DNA from: Tubiluchus corallicola
Taxonomy: Eukaryota > Animalia > Priapulida
Direction of reading: 5' to 3'
DNA length: 64,000 nucleotides
Assembly (NCBI GenBank): GCA_030141605.1
Contig: JAQGDQ010000010.1
Location: 1,364,001-1,428,000, forward strand
In this document: piece by piece, positions 63,801 through 64,000 of the stretch
How the letters are laid out: every line of letters starts with the position of its first letter
Position numbering within the stretch: the first letter of the stretch is position 1
The notes under the pieces: generated by a model
What the model was told of the DNA's origin: nothing
The model's input: only the letters and a program-made list of their open reading frames with translations
Database searches by the model: none
Program-made: the position numbers and the translations under genes

Positions 63801-64000
63801 TTGACCGTAGAACCGAATCGACGGCCAGCTCTCCACCAAGAATCCTTGATTCGTAACGACAGTCTGCCTGCAGTTCACACCTTGTGTTCTTCCTTCGCCA
63901 TTAAACAAATAATCTCATTCCGTCTTTACCAAGGGCATCTGCGGCAGCCAAATTTGTGACAGGAGCTGCAGGAGTTGCGCAGCACGAATGCGCAGTGACG
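63801..64000 (-). other. Possible non-coding 5' exon or promoter-proximal region (may belong to NOL4)
   Basis: GC- and CpG-richer patch with TGCGCA motifs and a TGACG half-site at the window edge, ending at a minus-strand donor CAA|gtaaga. No in-frame ATG. Confidence 0.25.

Overview
AT-rich, intron-containing animal DNA, most likely a marine invertebrate such as a lophotrochozoan (inferred from gene content). It is not prokaryotic: I found no operons, CRISPR arrays, rRNA or tRNA genes. In the first ~28 kb I could support no host gene. That stretch holds microsatellites, two copies of a Helentron/HINE-like element, a tRNA-derived SINE and a decayed L2/CR1-group LINE, whose ORF reconstructs as hydrophobic N-terminal domain, 2A-like peptide, APE endonuclease and RT. 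Three spliced genes can be rebuilt by hand with GT-AG introns and consistent phases. (1) A two-TM NIT-domain guanylate cyclase (+, 33336-41940, 6 coding exons, 653 aa) in which both NIT ligand motifs are degenerate. (2) A type I membrane protein (+, 43768-46681, 2 exons, 418 aa): signal peptide, 6 EGF repeats, a 6-Cys WAP-like module, TM, Cys-rich tail. (3) A NOL4/NOL4L-family gene (-, 56672-50408, 8 coding exons, 448 aa as modelled) lacking the family N-terminal domain in this window. Introns and intergenic DNA carry foldback elements, MITEs, LINE fragments and several near-perfect hairpins. All calls are by eye; no database searches were run.
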